NCBI GenBank assembly: GCA_963758495.1 | Contig: CAVWVI010000003.1 | Span: 1,440,001-1,504,000 of the forward strand | Reading direction: 5' to 3' | Origin: Oligoflexia bacterium | GTDB taxonomy: Bacteria > Bdellovibrionota > UBA1018 | Length of the DNA stretch: 64,000 nucleotides | Shown: piece by piece, positions 45,741-56,162 of the stretch | How the letters are laid out: each line of letters opens with the position of its first letter | How positions within the stretch are numbered: position 1 is the first letter of the stretch | Translations under genes and position numbers: made by a program | Notes under the pieces: model-generated | Databases searched by the model: none | What the model was told of the DNA's origin: nothing | Seen by the model: the letters and a program-made list of their open reading frames with translations, nothing else

Positions 45741-46992
45741 ATGATTGAAAGAATTGAAGCTCAGCCAAAGAAATTTGATTTGCCCGATAGCTATCAGGTC
45801 GAGCATGATCCAGACGATCTATGGGGCGATTCACGTTTTATAGTGAATATTGGCCCGACTCACCCTGCGATGCACGGCGCATTAAGAATGGTAGCGAAGC
45901 TCAATGGAGAAACTATCGAAAAATCTTACTGTGAATTTGGTTTTACCCATCGGGCTAAAGAGAAGTTGGGTGAAAATCGAACTTTTCACAATTTCATCGT
46001 TTATACTGATCGACTTAATTATTGCTCAGCTCTTCTGAATAATGTGGTTTACGCCATGTCAGTTGAGCGATTGATGGGCGTAGAAGTTCCTGATCGTTGT
46101 ATTTGGATTCGGATGATTTGTTGTGAGCTAGCACGAGTCATTGATCATCTGATCTGTATTGGAATTAATGCAGTTGACCTAGGGGCTTTTTCCTTCTTTC
46201 TTTATGGATTTCATCAAAGAGAAGAAGCGTATACTTTGATTGAAAAGCTGTGCGGAGCTCGTCTGACAACCTCTTATACTCGTATTGGGGGGTTGATGGC
46301 GGATGCTCCTGAGGGCTTTGAAAAAGAGCTGAAAGTCTGGATTACCAAAACCAGAAAAGTAATCGATGAGATGGATGAGCTTCTGACCAATAATAAGATT
46401 TGGCGTAAGCGAACGGTAGGTGTGTCGGTATTTAATAAGGAAAATTGTCTTCAGTTATAGCTATTCAGGTCCGAATGCGCGGGCAGCGGGGATTGATTTG
46501 GATCTTCGCAGGGACCAACCTTGCATGTTCTATAAGGATGTCGAGTTTGATGTTCCTGTGACTCAAAATGGGGATGTTTATGATCGATATATGATTCGGT
46601 TGGCAGAGATTAGACAATCCTTAAATATTTTAAGTCAATGCGCTGATCGCATTAAAAAGGGCCCTATTTGGTCAGAAGATAAAAGAGTTCGAATTCCAGA
46701 TAAAGACGTTGTTCATAATACAATGGAAGGAATGATTCATCATTTTAAATTCTTTATGACTGGTTTTGAAGTTCCTGAAGGTGAAGCCTATACTCAGTTT
46801 GAAGCTGCTAATGGGGAGTTGGGATTTTACATTGTGAGTAAAGGTTCGCCTCGTGCCCATCGGATGAGGATTCGGGGACCGTCGGTTTGGCATTATCAAG
46901 GTCTTTCGACGATGGTTCAAGGAGAGAAGATCGCAGATATGGTTGCCGGGCTTGGAAGTATCAATGTAATTGCCGGTGAGCTCGATCGCTAA
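45741..46992 (+). CDS. nuoD: NADH-quinone oxidoreductase subunit D (frameshift near 46449)
   Basis: [27 protein letters not shown], terminal GELDR. Confidence 0.93.
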
Positions 46993-47001
46993 AAAGAGGC
47001 T

Positions 47002-47487
47002 ATGTTAAAGATGGAAACCAAAATTCTTTCGAAAAAATTCTATGACCAGATGGCAAAATTGGAGCCACGCTATCCAACAAAAGTAGCGCTTCTTTTGCCC
47101 GCTCTCCATGCGGCTCAAGATGAATTCGGCTGGCTTCCGCCAGAGGTGATGGATGAAGTCGCTCGTTATATTGGAATTCACCCGGCGCAAGTTCGAGAAG
47201 TCGCTAGTTTTTATACAATGTATAATTTAAAAAGTGTGGGTAAATATCACTTAAAATTTTGTACAAATGTTGCCTGCTGCCTCAGAGGTTCTGATGAACT
47301 TTTGGAGCATTGCGAGAAAAAATTCGGAATTAAATGTGGTGAAACTACCAAAGATAAGAAATTCACACTGATGGAAGAAGAATGTTTGGGCGCTTGTGGT
47401 ACGGCGCCTGCGATGATGCTCAATAATGACTATCATGAAAAACTAAACATTCAGACCCTTGATCAGCTGCTAAATAGCTTGGAGTAA
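47002..47487 (+). CDS. nuoE: NADH-quinone oxidoreductase subunit E
   Basis: VASFYTMY, CTNVAC, ECLGACGTAP. Confidence 0.96.
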   Translation: MLKMETKILSKKFYDQMAKLEPRYPTKVALLLPALHAAQDEFGWLPPEVMDEVARYIGIHPAQVREVASFYTMYNLKSVGKYHLKFCTNVACCLRGSDELLEHCEKKFGIKCGETTKDKKFTLMEEECLGACGTAPAMMLNNDYHEKLNIQTLDQLLNSLE

Positions 47488-47490
47488 TTT

Positions 47491-48769
47491 ATGGTGGATG
47501 ATTTTGATACTCTTTATATCCAGCATTTCAATGAGGAAGCACGCCCTCTTAATTATTATTTGAAGAGCATGGCGGGTTATACGGCCTCTAAAAAAGCTCT
47601 GGGTATGCCTCAAGACGAAATCATTGCAGAAGTGAAGAAATCCAATTTGCGAGGCCGAGGAGGCGCTGGGTTTCCAACGGGGATGAAGTGGGGATTCATT
47701 CCAAAGCAATCGAGTAAGCCAAAGTATTTGGTTTGCAATGCAGATGAATCGGAACCGGGTACTTTTAAAGATCGTGATATTATGAGGTACACCCCTCACC
47801 TTTTAATTGAGGGGATGATTATTGGTGCCCATGCTATTGGCGCAAATGTGGGCTATATTTATATTCGTGGTGAATATACTCGCGAAGCAAAACTTTTAGA
47901 TCAAGCTATTGATGAAGCCTATCTGAATGGGTATTTAGGTAAGAATATTCAAGGCTCAGGGTTTCACTTTGATCTCACCGTGCATCGTGGGGCGGGTGCT
48001 TATATTTGTGGTGAAGAAACTGGCATTATTGAACTCACTCGAAGGAAAGCGAGGAGAGCCTCGCGTGAAGCCACCTTTTCCTGCGCAGGCAGGAGCATTT
48101 GGTGGACCCACGATCGTGAATAATGTGGAAACTTTAGCAGCAATCCCATTTATTATGAATCGCGGAGGCGAGTGGTTTTCAAAATTAGGTAAGCTCGAAA
48201 AATCAGGTGGAACTCGCCTTTTTTGTGTCTCTGGACATGTGAAAAAGCCGGGCGTTTATGAATTGCCTGCAGGAAGTGTCACTCTGAGGCAACTGATTTA
48301 TGATTACTGTCATGGAATCTTAGATGATAAAAAACTTAAAGCGGTGATTCCTGGAGGATCTTCGGCTCCTGTCCTGACAGCGGATGAGATTGACGTCATA
48401 GTAGACATTGAACCGCTGATGAAGATCGGAACCATGTTGGGTTCAGCCGGAATTATGGTTGTAAGTGAAGACTATTGTGTCGTTAAACTCATTAAAAGAA
48501 TCACCAAGTTTTATGCTCATGAGTCCTGTGGGCAATGCACGCCCTGTCGAGAAGGCTGTAGATGGATGGAAGATATATTAGAGAGAATTGAACACGGCAA
48601 AGGGCGCGAGCAAGATTTGGCTCTGCTTTTGGAGATTGCAGATAATATTAATGGCAAAACTCTTTGTGCATTGGGAGATGCGGCAGCAGGTCCAGTAACA
48701 AGCTTTGTTAAGAAATTTCGAGCAGATTTTGAAGCTCATATTCGAGGTGGAAAATGCCCAAATGCGTGA
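47491..48769 (+). CDS. nuoF: NADH-quinone oxidoreductase subunit F (frameshift near 48022)
   Basis: [41 protein letters not shown]. Confidence 0.95.
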
Positions 48770-50175
48770 TTGATGGACGTGAAGTAGAGTTTACGCCAGG
48801 ACAAAATATCATTGAGGTCGCAAAGAAGGCTGGAGTATCCATTCCTTACTTTTGTTATCACCCAGGGCTTTCTGTAGTTGCTCAGTGTCGGATGTGCGCG
48901 GTTGAAGTGGAGAAAATGCCTAAGCTTCAGACAGCATGTTCCACTGTAGCCACCGAAGGAATGGTGATTAAAACGACCTCTCCTCGGTCTCTCCAAAATC
49001 AAAAATCAACCATGGAATTCTTACTCATTAATCATCCCTTGGATTGTCCTATCTGCGATAAGTCCGGGGAATGTGATCTCCAAGATTTCTCATTTCAGTA
49101 TGGTGATTCTTATTCCCGTTATACTGAAGAGCGACGCACTTACATGGACTTAGATATGGGTCCGGTAATTAAAAAGAATATGAATCGCTGTATTCATTGT
49201 ACACGATGTATTCGGTTTGGTGAAGAAGTTGCTGGTATTCATGAAATGGTGGCTGTGAAGCGAGGTAACAATACTGAGATTACCACCATAGATGGTAGGG
49301 CATTGGAAACAGATTACGCAGGTAATTATGCAGATATTTGTCCAACCGGTTCTTTAACTTTAAATGATTTCAGATTTAAAAAGCGAGTTTGGTATCTTAA
49401 AAAGACGCCCACAGTGTGTGAGGGCTGCTCCAAGGGCTGTAATATGGATATTCATCAGGATGCCGACCTGATTCACCGCTGTACTCCACGTGAAAATATG
49501 GAGATTAATAAATATTGGATGTGTGATGAAGGACGGATGAACTTTCATTACGTGAATAATAAAGAGCGCGTGATCGAACCTTCTGTTGGAAAAGAGTTAA
49601 ATTTAAGTGCTTCAGATTGGGGAGCTTCAATTGACTTTGTGAAGCATGCCGTTGCAGGAAAAAAAGTCACCGTATTAGTGGGATCCGATCTGACTCAAGA
49701 AGAGGGAGCTCTTTTGCTTCAGTTCCTGCCAAAGCATCTGCCTCATTCTTCAATGTATCATTTTGGAACTCCGGGGGTTGTTTTCGCTGAGGATGATGCT
49801 GCAGCAGATAAGATATTAAAAAGAAAAAGCAAGACCTCCAATCTTCATGGTTTTGAAAAACTAGGCATTAAAGGTTTTGAAAAAATGCCAACAGATACAG
49901 ATGTCGTCTTGGTGATTCGGGGCGGGCGTGCTGTAGTCCCTGATCTCAATGGTCTTAAAGCAATTGGATTAGGTGTATTTATGAGGTCAGATGTGGAGCG
50001 CTTTTTAGCGATTTTACCTGGAACCTCATTTGCTGAAAAAGACGGAACGGTTTTGAATTACGAAGGACGCGAGCAGAAAATCCGACGGGCTATTCTCCCA
50101 CCTGGAGCGTGTAAACCGCTATCCGAAATTTTAATGATGTGGGCAAATCGCAAGACTTCGTCTGGAGCAGCTTAA
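48754..50175 (+). CDS. nuoG: NADH-quinone oxidoreductase subunit G (short form)
   Basis: CYHP..CRMC, HPLDCPICD..C, RCIHCTRC, CEGCSKGC. Confidence 0.94.
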   Translation: MPKCVIDGREVEFTPGQNIIEVAKKAGVSIPYFCYHPGLSVVAQCRMCAVEVEKMPKLQTACSTVATEGMVIKTTSPRSLQNQKSTMEFLLINHPLDCPICDKSGECDLQDFSFQYGDSYSRYTEERRTYMDLDMGPVIKKNMNRCIHCTRCIRFGEEVAGIHEMVAVKRGNNTEITTIDGRALETDYAGNYADICPTGSLTLNDFRFKKRVWYLKKTPTVCEGCSKGCNMDIHQDADLIHRCTPRENMEINKYWMCDEGRMNFHYVNNKERVIEPSVGKELNLSASDWGASIDFVKHAVAGKKVTVLVGSDLTQEEGALLLQFLPKHLPHSSMYHFGTPGVVFAEDDAAADKILKRKSKTSNLHGFEKLGIKGFEKMPTDTDVVLVIRGGRAVVPDLNGLKAIGLGVFMRSDVERFLAILPGTSFAEKDGTVLNYEGREQKIRRAILPPGACKPLSEILMMWANRKTSSGAA

Positions 50176-50178
50176 CCT

Positions 50179-51294
50179 ATGGATACTTTTAGCTGGATTG
50201 CATTAGGAGCGAAAGCTGGGTTTTTGGTATTAGTTCTTCTTCAAGTTGTGCCGATTATGGCTTGGGTAGAGCGTCGAGGTTCTGCGCTTTTGCAAAACCG
50301 TCTAGGTCCCAACCGGGTAGGGCCGTTAGGAATCATTCAATCTCTTGCAGATGCAATTAAATTTATTTGGAAGGAAGATCCAGTCCCCGGTCATGTTACG
50401 CCCTTTTATTATATTATTGCGCCGCTGGTTTCTCTCATCCCCGCTTTTATGACCTTTGCGGTGATCCCATTCGCAAGTTCTATTACGATAGAGGGTCGTG
50501 TTGTAAATTTTCAAGTGGCGGAACTGAATGTTGGATTATTATACGTATTTTCGATCGCCTCCCTGGGTGTTTACGGAATTATCATGGCGGGTTGGGCATC
50601 CAATAGTAAGTACACGATGTTGGGAAGTCTTCGCAGTGCCTCGCAAATGATTAGTTATGAATTATCAATGGGACTCTCTGTAGTGGGTCTTATCATGGCG
50701 TTCTCGAGTATCAAATTGGGAGATATCGTTCGACAGCAAGGTGAACTTCTGACTTCCTTAGGGCCCATTCCGATTTCATCTGCATTGCAAATTCCTAAAT
50801 GGGGAATTTTTATTCAGCCGCTTGGGTTTTTAATTTTTCTGGTTTCTGTATTTGCTGAAACCAACCGATTGCCCTTTGACTTGCCTGAAGGTGAATCGGA
50901 AATTGTGGCAGGATATCATCTTGAGTACGGCTCAATGAAATTCGCCATGTTCATGATGGCGGAATACATCAATATGATGACCGCTTCAGGTCTTCTCGCT
51001 ACCTTGTTTTTTGGGGGTTGGCAGCTGCTTCCTGGAATGGGCTTGATGCTTCATGGGGTTCAGGGGTTTTTTCAACAAACAGAGATGGCAGCAGAGTGGA
51101 CCCGAGTTATTTTTGAAATGATTTCATTCTGGCTTAAAGTCGGCTTTTTCATGTGGTTCTTTGTTTGGGTACGTTGGACCTTGCCTCGCTTCAGGTATGA
51201 TCAGCTGATGGATTTGGGATGGAAAGTGATGCTTCCACTTGCTTTGGCTAATGTGGTGGGCACAGGTATTTTTGTTTATTATGGGTGGATTTAA
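50179..51294 (+). CDS. nuoH: NADH-quinone oxidoreductase subunit H
   Basis: RLGPNRVGP, QMISYE, ETNRLPFDLPEGESE, PRFRYDQLM. Confidence 0.97.
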   Translation: MDTFSWIALGAKAGFLVLVLLQVVPIMAWVERRGSALLQNRLGPNRVGPLGIIQSLADAIKFIWKEDPVPGHVTPFYYIIAPLVSLIPAFMTFAVIPFASSITIEGRVVNFQVAELNVGLLYVFSIASLGVYGIIMAGWASNSKYTMLGSLRSASQMISYELSMGLSVVGLIMAFSSIKLGDIVRQQGELLTSLGPIPISSALQIPKWGIFIQPLGFLIFLVSVFAETNRLPFDLPEGESEIVAGYHLEYGSMKFAMFMMAEYINMMTASGLLATLFFGGWQLLPGMGLMLHGVQGFFQQTEMAAEWTRVIFEMISFWLKVGFFMWFFVWVRWTLPRFRYDQLMDLGWKVMLPLALANVVGTGIFVYYGWI

Positions 51295-51297
51295 TTT

Positions 51298-51741
51298 ATG
51301 CTATTGAAAAAGAAAAAAGGGGTTTTGCAGGAGCTTTACCTTTTAGAGATTATAAAAGGGCTCTGGATTACAATTAAAAACTTTTTCTTTGCGCCTAAGG
51401 TAACGATTCAATTCCCAGAAGAGCGTAGAGTTTATTCGGAGCGGTTTCGGGGTGCTCATTATATCAAAGCGACCAATGGCGTAGAGAATTGTACCGCTTG
51501 TATGCTTTGTCCTACGGTTTGCCCTGCCGAATGTATTCATATTGAAGCTGGGGAGCGACCTGATAAGGAAAAATACCCTGTGAAATTTGAAATAGATTTA
51601 CTCCGGTGTTGCTTTTGCGGGATGTGCGAAGAGGCTTGTCCAAAGGATGCAATTAAATTGAGTACCATTTATGAAATGAGCACCACTACTCGTGAAGTTT
51701 ATGACAAAGAATTTTTACTCGAACAAAGGGGTGGTAAATAA
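51298..51741 (+). CDS. nuoI: NADH-quinone oxidoreductase subunit I
   Basis: RFRG, CTACMLCPTVCP, CCFCGMCEEACP. Confidence 0.96.
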   Translation: MLLKKKKGVLQELYLLEIIKGLWITIKNFFFAPKVTIQFPEERRVYSERFRGAHYIKATNGVENCTACMLCPTVCPAECIHIEAGERPDKEKYPVKFEIDLLRCCFCGMCEEACPKDAIKLSTIYEMSTTTREVYDKEFLLEQRGGK

Positions 51742-52277
51742 TGGATATATCCCCGGTCTTTTTTTATGGGTTTGCTGGACTTGCTCTAGCTTGTTCTATG
51801 CTTGTGATCTTGAAAAAGAATCCTGTTTCGAGTGCATTTAGTTTAGTGATGGTATTCTTCGCATTTGCGGGAATTTATGCAATGCTGGACGCCCATTTGA
51901 TTGCTGCATTACAGATCTTTGTTTATGCAGGTGCGATCATGGTTCTTTTTATTTTCGTGATTATGTTGCTCAATGCTGATGTTCCTTCTTTCGACCTTGG
52001 CAGGTCACATATTTTAGTTCGCCTCTTATCCGGATTCCTGTGTGCGGCATTATTGGGAGTCTTTATTTGGGCTTTTAAAGAGAGTCATATGGGTGCTCCT
52101 ATCGGAGAGTTCACTCCAGAAAATATTGAAGCGGCAGGTGGCAATTCGCAAGTGATCTCCGAGCTGATGTTCTCCGAATATATCTTGCCGTTTGAGCTGA
52201 CGTCGGTACTTTTGTTGGCGGCAATAGTTGGGGCAGTTGCTATTGCCAAGAGAAAACTCTCCAGTGTGAGGTCTTAG
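51741..52277 (+). CDS. nuoJ: NADH-quinone oxidoreductase subunit J
   Basis: QIFVYAGAIMVLFIFVIMLL, YILPFE. Confidence 0.96.
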   Translation: MDISPVFFYGFAGLALACSMLVILKKNPVSSAFSLVMVFFAFAGIYAMLDAHLIAALQIFVYAGAIMVLFIFVIMLLNADVPSFDLGRSHILVRLLSGFLCAALLGVFIWAFKESHMGAPIGEFTPENIEAAGGNSQVISELMFSEYILPFELTSVLLLAAIVGAVAIAKRKLSSVRS

Positions 52278-52586
52278 ATGATGCAAGTTGAACCGTGGGT
52301 TGTTTTATCCTTTTGTGCTGCTATCTTTTTTATCGGATTTACGGGTGTGCTCATTCGTAGAAATATTCTGGTAATTTTGATGAGTATCGAATTGATGCTG
52401 AACGCAGTGAATCTTACCTTTGTTACTTTTTCTAAGCAATTGCACCACATGGGTGGGCAAATGTCAGTTTTTTTCATTATCACTGTAGCTGCTGCTGAGT
52501 CAGCTGTGGGTCTGGGGTTGGTCATCGCGATGTTTCGAACATTGCGAAGTGTAGACACGGACGAAATTCAGTTATTAAGGGAGTAA
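52278..52586 (+). CDS. nuoK: NADH-quinone oxidoreductase subunit K
   Basis: RRNIL..MSIELMLNA, VAAAESAVGL. Confidence 0.96.
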   Translation: MMQVEPWVVLSFCAAIFFIGFTGVLIRRNILVILMSIELMLNAVNLTFVTFSKQLHHMGGQMSVFFIITVAAAESAVGLGLVIAMFRTLRSVDTDEIQLLRE

Positions 52587-52589
52587 CTT

Positions 52590-54596
52590 ATGTTGGCCCT
52601 GATCCCCGTATTTCCGCTTTTGGGTTTTTTGGTGAATGGTCTTTGGTATGCATTTGGGCAAGCCCCTGCTGGCAAGAAAAAGGCAAGCGCCCAGGTGACT
52701 GGATGGATAGCGACAGTATTTATCTTTCTGTCGTTTATTGTATCTTTGATGTTCTTTCTGAAGCTCTTTGGCTTGGAAGGCGAACATCGAGTTTTTGAAG
52801 AAGTGATCTACCCATGGATGACAGTGGGTCCGCTTCATCTGGATATGGCGTTTCGAGTCGATTCTCTTTCAACGCTTTTCACCTTGGTCATTACGGGTGT
52901 CGGGACTTTGATTCATATTTATTCTATCGGATATATGTCTCATGATGAGTCACCTGGAAAATTTTTCGCATATTTAAATCTATTTTGTTTTGCAATGCTG
53001 ATGCTTGTTTTAGGTGCATCCTTGCCTATTTTATTTTTAGGTTGGGAAGGCGTAGGGCTTTGCAGTTACTTGCTGATTGGCTTTTGGTATGCCGATGAAG
53101 AGAAGGCTAAAGCAGGAAAGAAAGCATTCATTGTAAATCGTATTGGAGATTTTGGTTTTTTATTAGGAATGTTCATTATCTTTTCCGTATTTGGGACTCT
53201 AGATTTTGAGGCACTGCGTATCGCGGTGACGCATTTAGGGGAAAATTCTGCTTTAGTGAGTAATGGAGTGATCACCACTATTTGTCTTATGCTCTTTGTT
53301 GGATGTATGGGGAAGTCTGCCCAAATTCCACTCTATGTCTGGTTGCCCGATGCAATGGCGGGGCCCACTCCTGTTTCAGCATTGATCCATGCGGCGACTA
53401 TGGTGACATCTGGAATTTACATGGTTTCAAGACTGAACTTTCTCTACAGTCTTTCACCTACTGCGCTGAGCGTTGTAGCGAGTGTGGGAGCTTTTACCGC
53501 TTTTTTTGCGGCGACAATCGCGTTGGTACAAAAAGATATTAAAAAGGTTTTAGCTTATTCCACAGTTTCGCAACTCGGTTACATGTTTTTGGGATGTGGT
53601 GTAGGTGCCTATTCAGCAGGAGTATTCCACGTGATTACCCATGCCTTCTTCAAAGCACTTCTGTTTTTAGGTGCGGGCAGTGTGATTCATGGAATGAGTG
53701 GAGAACAAGACATTTGGAAAATGGGCGGGTTGAAATCAAAAATGCCGAAGACCTTTCTAACCTTTGCATTAGGATGGTTGGCTATTTGTGGAATTCCTCC
53801 CTTCTCCGGATTTTTTTCCAAAGATGAAATTTTATGGCAAGCCTTTAGTTCACCGCAGGGTTCTACCTTCTTGTGGATTATGGGTATGCTCACGGCTGTT
53901 ATGACAGCATTTTACATGACTCGATTATTTTATCTGACGTTTTTAGGTGCTCCTCGGTTTAAATCCGAAGAAAGCCATGACTCTCATCACAGTCATCAAA
54001 ATCATCACCAGGGTACTGCGAGTGATCATACTAAAGAACACGCCATACATGTGCACGAGTCTCCTTCAGTGATTACCATACCTCTCCAGATTTTAGCTGT
54101 TTGCAGCGCGATTGCTGGTTTTATAGGTATGCCTCATTTGAATTGGCTTGAACATTGGCTAGAGCCGGTAATTCCAGTTCATGAAGGGATGGGCTCTGTG
54201 GTGCCTCCCCATATGGAGTGGGCACTCATGGCCCTGAGTGTGGTGGGTGCGGCTTTTGGTATTGGCGTGGCATTTTTCAGTTATGGTAATTTGAAACAAA
54301 TTCAGGCCAATGCAAAACGGTTTAGTTTATTACATCGGTTATTAGAAAATAAATGGTATGTCGATGAGATTTACGAAGCTCTCCTAGTTCGTCCGATTCA
54401 CAGACTCTCACAGGCACTCTGGAAAGGGTTTGATGTCGCCTTTATTGATCGAATAGTCTTAGGAGTCGGTATGATTTCTGAGCGGACTGGACGAACAGTA
54501 CGCCTCATTCAAACGGGTTCGATTCAAATTTATGCAGTGATGCTTCTTATTGGGCTTGTTGCGACAGCGGGGTATTTAGTTTATGGCTGGACTTGA
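52590..54596 (+). CDS. nuoL: NADH-quinone oxidoreductase subunit L
   Basis: GWEGVG, GKSAQIPL..WLPDAMAGPTP, THAFFKAL, FSKDE. Confidence 0.97.
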   Translation: MLALIPVFPLLGFLVNGLWYAFGQAPAGKKKASAQVTGWIATVFIFLSFIVSLMFFLKLFGLEGEHRVFEEVIYPWMTVGPLHLDMAFRVDSLSTLFTLVITGVGTLIHIYSIGYMSHDESPGKFFAYLNLFCFAMLMLVLGASLPILFLGWEGVGLCSYLLIGFWYADEEKAKAGKKAFIVNRIGDFGFLLGMFIIFSVFGTLDFEALRIAVTHLGENSALVSNGVITTICLMLFVGCMGKSAQIPLYVWLPDAMAGPTPVSALIHAATMVTSGIYMVSRLNFLYSLSPTALSVVASVGAFTAFFAATIALVQKDIKKVLAYSTVSQLGYMFLGCGVGAYSAGVFHVITHAFFKALLFLGAGSVIHGMSGEQDIWKMGGLKSKMPKTFLTFALGWLAICGIPPFSGFFSKDEILWQAFSSPQGSTFLWIMGMLTAVMTAFYMTRLFYLTFLGAPRFKSEESHDSHHSHQNHHQGTASDHTKEHAIHVHESPSVITIPLQILAVCSAIAGFIGMPHLNWLEHWLEPVIPVHEGMGSVVPPHMEWALMALSVVGAAFGIGVAFFSYGNLKQIQANAKRFSLLHRLLENKWYVDEIYEALLVRPIHRLSQALWKGFDVAFIDRIVLGVGMISERTGRTVRLIQTGSIQIYAVMLLIGLVATAGYLVYGWT

Positions 54597-56160
54597 AAAA
54601 TATTTGCTCACTTTTACAGTTTTTTTACCTCTTCTATGGGCATTTGTAGGCTTTCTTATTTTTCCGAATGAGAAGAAGGGTAAAGCCGCACTCCCCATTT
54701 GGAGTTTATTAGGATCATTGGCTACATTTGTTTTGTCTTTGATGCTTTATTTACAATTTAATTCGGCAGGTCCAGATTTTCAGTTTCTCGAAAAAGTAGA
54801 TTGGCTGCCGGTGCTCGGAATTAGCTACTCGGTAGGGATTGATGGCATTAGTCTTTGGCTAATCCTCTTAACAACCTTTTTGATGCCAGTTGCGATTCTT
54901 TGCTCCTTTCGTGCTGTTGAAAATAGAGTCAAAGAATACTATTTTCTTCTCCTTGCCCTTGAGACCGCAATGTTAGGTGCATTTGTCGCAATTGATATGT
55001 TTCTATTTTATGTTTTTTGGGAAGCAATGCTCATCCCTATGTATTTCCTCATCGGAATTTGGGGTGGAAAAGAACGCATTTATGCTGCAACGAAGTTTTT
55101 TCTTTATACTTTGGTAGGCTCCCTCTTGATGTTAGTGGCGATTTTCTTTCTTGCTTACCAGCATAAAGTGCAAATGGGGACTTATTCCACGGCTCTCTTA
55201 GATCTTTATCAGGTCAAAATAGCAAGCGGTGGATTATGGAGTCCTCAAAATCTCCTGTTTCTCGCATTTGCGTTAGCATTTGCAATCAAAGTCCCTCTCT
55301 TTCCATTGCACACTTGGCTACCTGACGCACACGTGCAAGCTCCTACAGCCGGCAGTGTAATATTAGCAGCTGTATTATTGAAAATGGGTGGATACGGATT
55401 CATGCGTTTTAGCTTCCCTCTTTTTCCCCAAGCAGTAGCGTACTTTCAATATCCATTTATGATTTTAGGCGCGATTGCTATTATTTATGGCGCATGGGTC
55501 GCGATGGTACAGCCGGATATTAAGAAACTCGTGGCCTACTCGTCAGTGAGTCATATGGGGTATGTCATTCTTGGATTATTTTCACTCAATGAAGTCGCTG
55601 TTACGGGATCTGTTTACCAAATGCTCAATCATGGGATCTCTACCGGGGCTCTCTTTCTTTTAGTCGGAATGATTTACGAGAGGCGGCACACAAGAGATAT
55701 CGCTGCGTTTGGGGGTATAACAAAAGTTATGCCTTTGTTTGCTGTGGCGTTTATGATTGTGACCCTTTCCTCTGTGGGACTTCCTGGCACAAATGGATTT
55801 GTGGGAGAATTTTTGATTCTTCTAGGTACATGGAAAGTAAATCCGGCTCTGACCGCTCTTGGTGCTTTGGGTGTCATCTTTGGTGCCGTTTATATGTTGT
55901 GGATGTATCAGCGAGTGATGTTTGGGCCAATTAAGCATTCGGAAAATGAAAAATTAACGGATCTTTCTTTGAGAGAAATGATTGTACTAGCCCCTCTTTT
56001 GTTGGCGATTTTTGTAATGGGGATTTTTCCAAATTTCTTTTTTGAAAAAATGGAACCCTCCATTCAGAGATTTTTGACTCGGAGTTCAATTGGCTTAGTG
56101 ACGCAATCAGAAAAAAGTGTGATTCCAACTGCGGAGATCGCTCTTATTAGAGGAAATTAA
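54583..56160 (+). CDS. nuoM: NADH-quinone oxidoreductase subunit M
   Basis: FWEAM, IKVPLFPLHTWLPDAH, LLKMG, GFVGEF. Confidence 0.97.
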   Translation: MAGLEKYLLTFTVFLPLLWAFVGFLIFPNEKKGKAALPIWSLLGSLATFVLSLMLYLQFNSAGPDFQFLEKVDWLPVLGISYSVGIDGISLWLILLTTFLMPVAILCSFRAVENRVKEYYFLLLALETAMLGAFVAIDMFLFYVFWEAMLIPMYFLIGIWGGKERIYAATKFFLYTLVGSLLMLVAIFFLAYQHKVQMGTYSTALLDLYQVKIASGGLWSPQNLLFLAFALAFAIKVPLFPLHTWLPDAHVQAPTAGSVILAAVLLKMGGYGFMRFSFPLFPQAVAYFQYPFMILGAIAIIYGAWVAMVQPDIKKLVAYSSVSHMGYVILGLFSLNEVAVTGSVYQMLNHGISTGALFLLVGMIYERRHTRDIAAFGGITKVMPLFAVAFMIVTLSSVGLPGTNGFVGEFLILLGTWKVNPALTALGALGVIFGAVYMLWMYQRVMFGPIKHSENEKLTDLSLREMIVLAPLLLAIFVMGIFPNFFFEKMEPSIQRFLTRSSIGLVTQSEKSVIPTAEIALIRGN

Positions 56161-56162
56161 AA

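Noticed and set aside
45495..46460. Genuine NuoCD fusion
   Set aside because: The junction reads like nuoC ..TTG GAG TGA followed by AAGGA and ATG at 45741; apparent fusion is better explained by a 1-nt deletion, though not proven.
53970..54060. His-rich insertion in NuoL
   Set aside because: His-rich loops before the HESP motif are common in NuoL.
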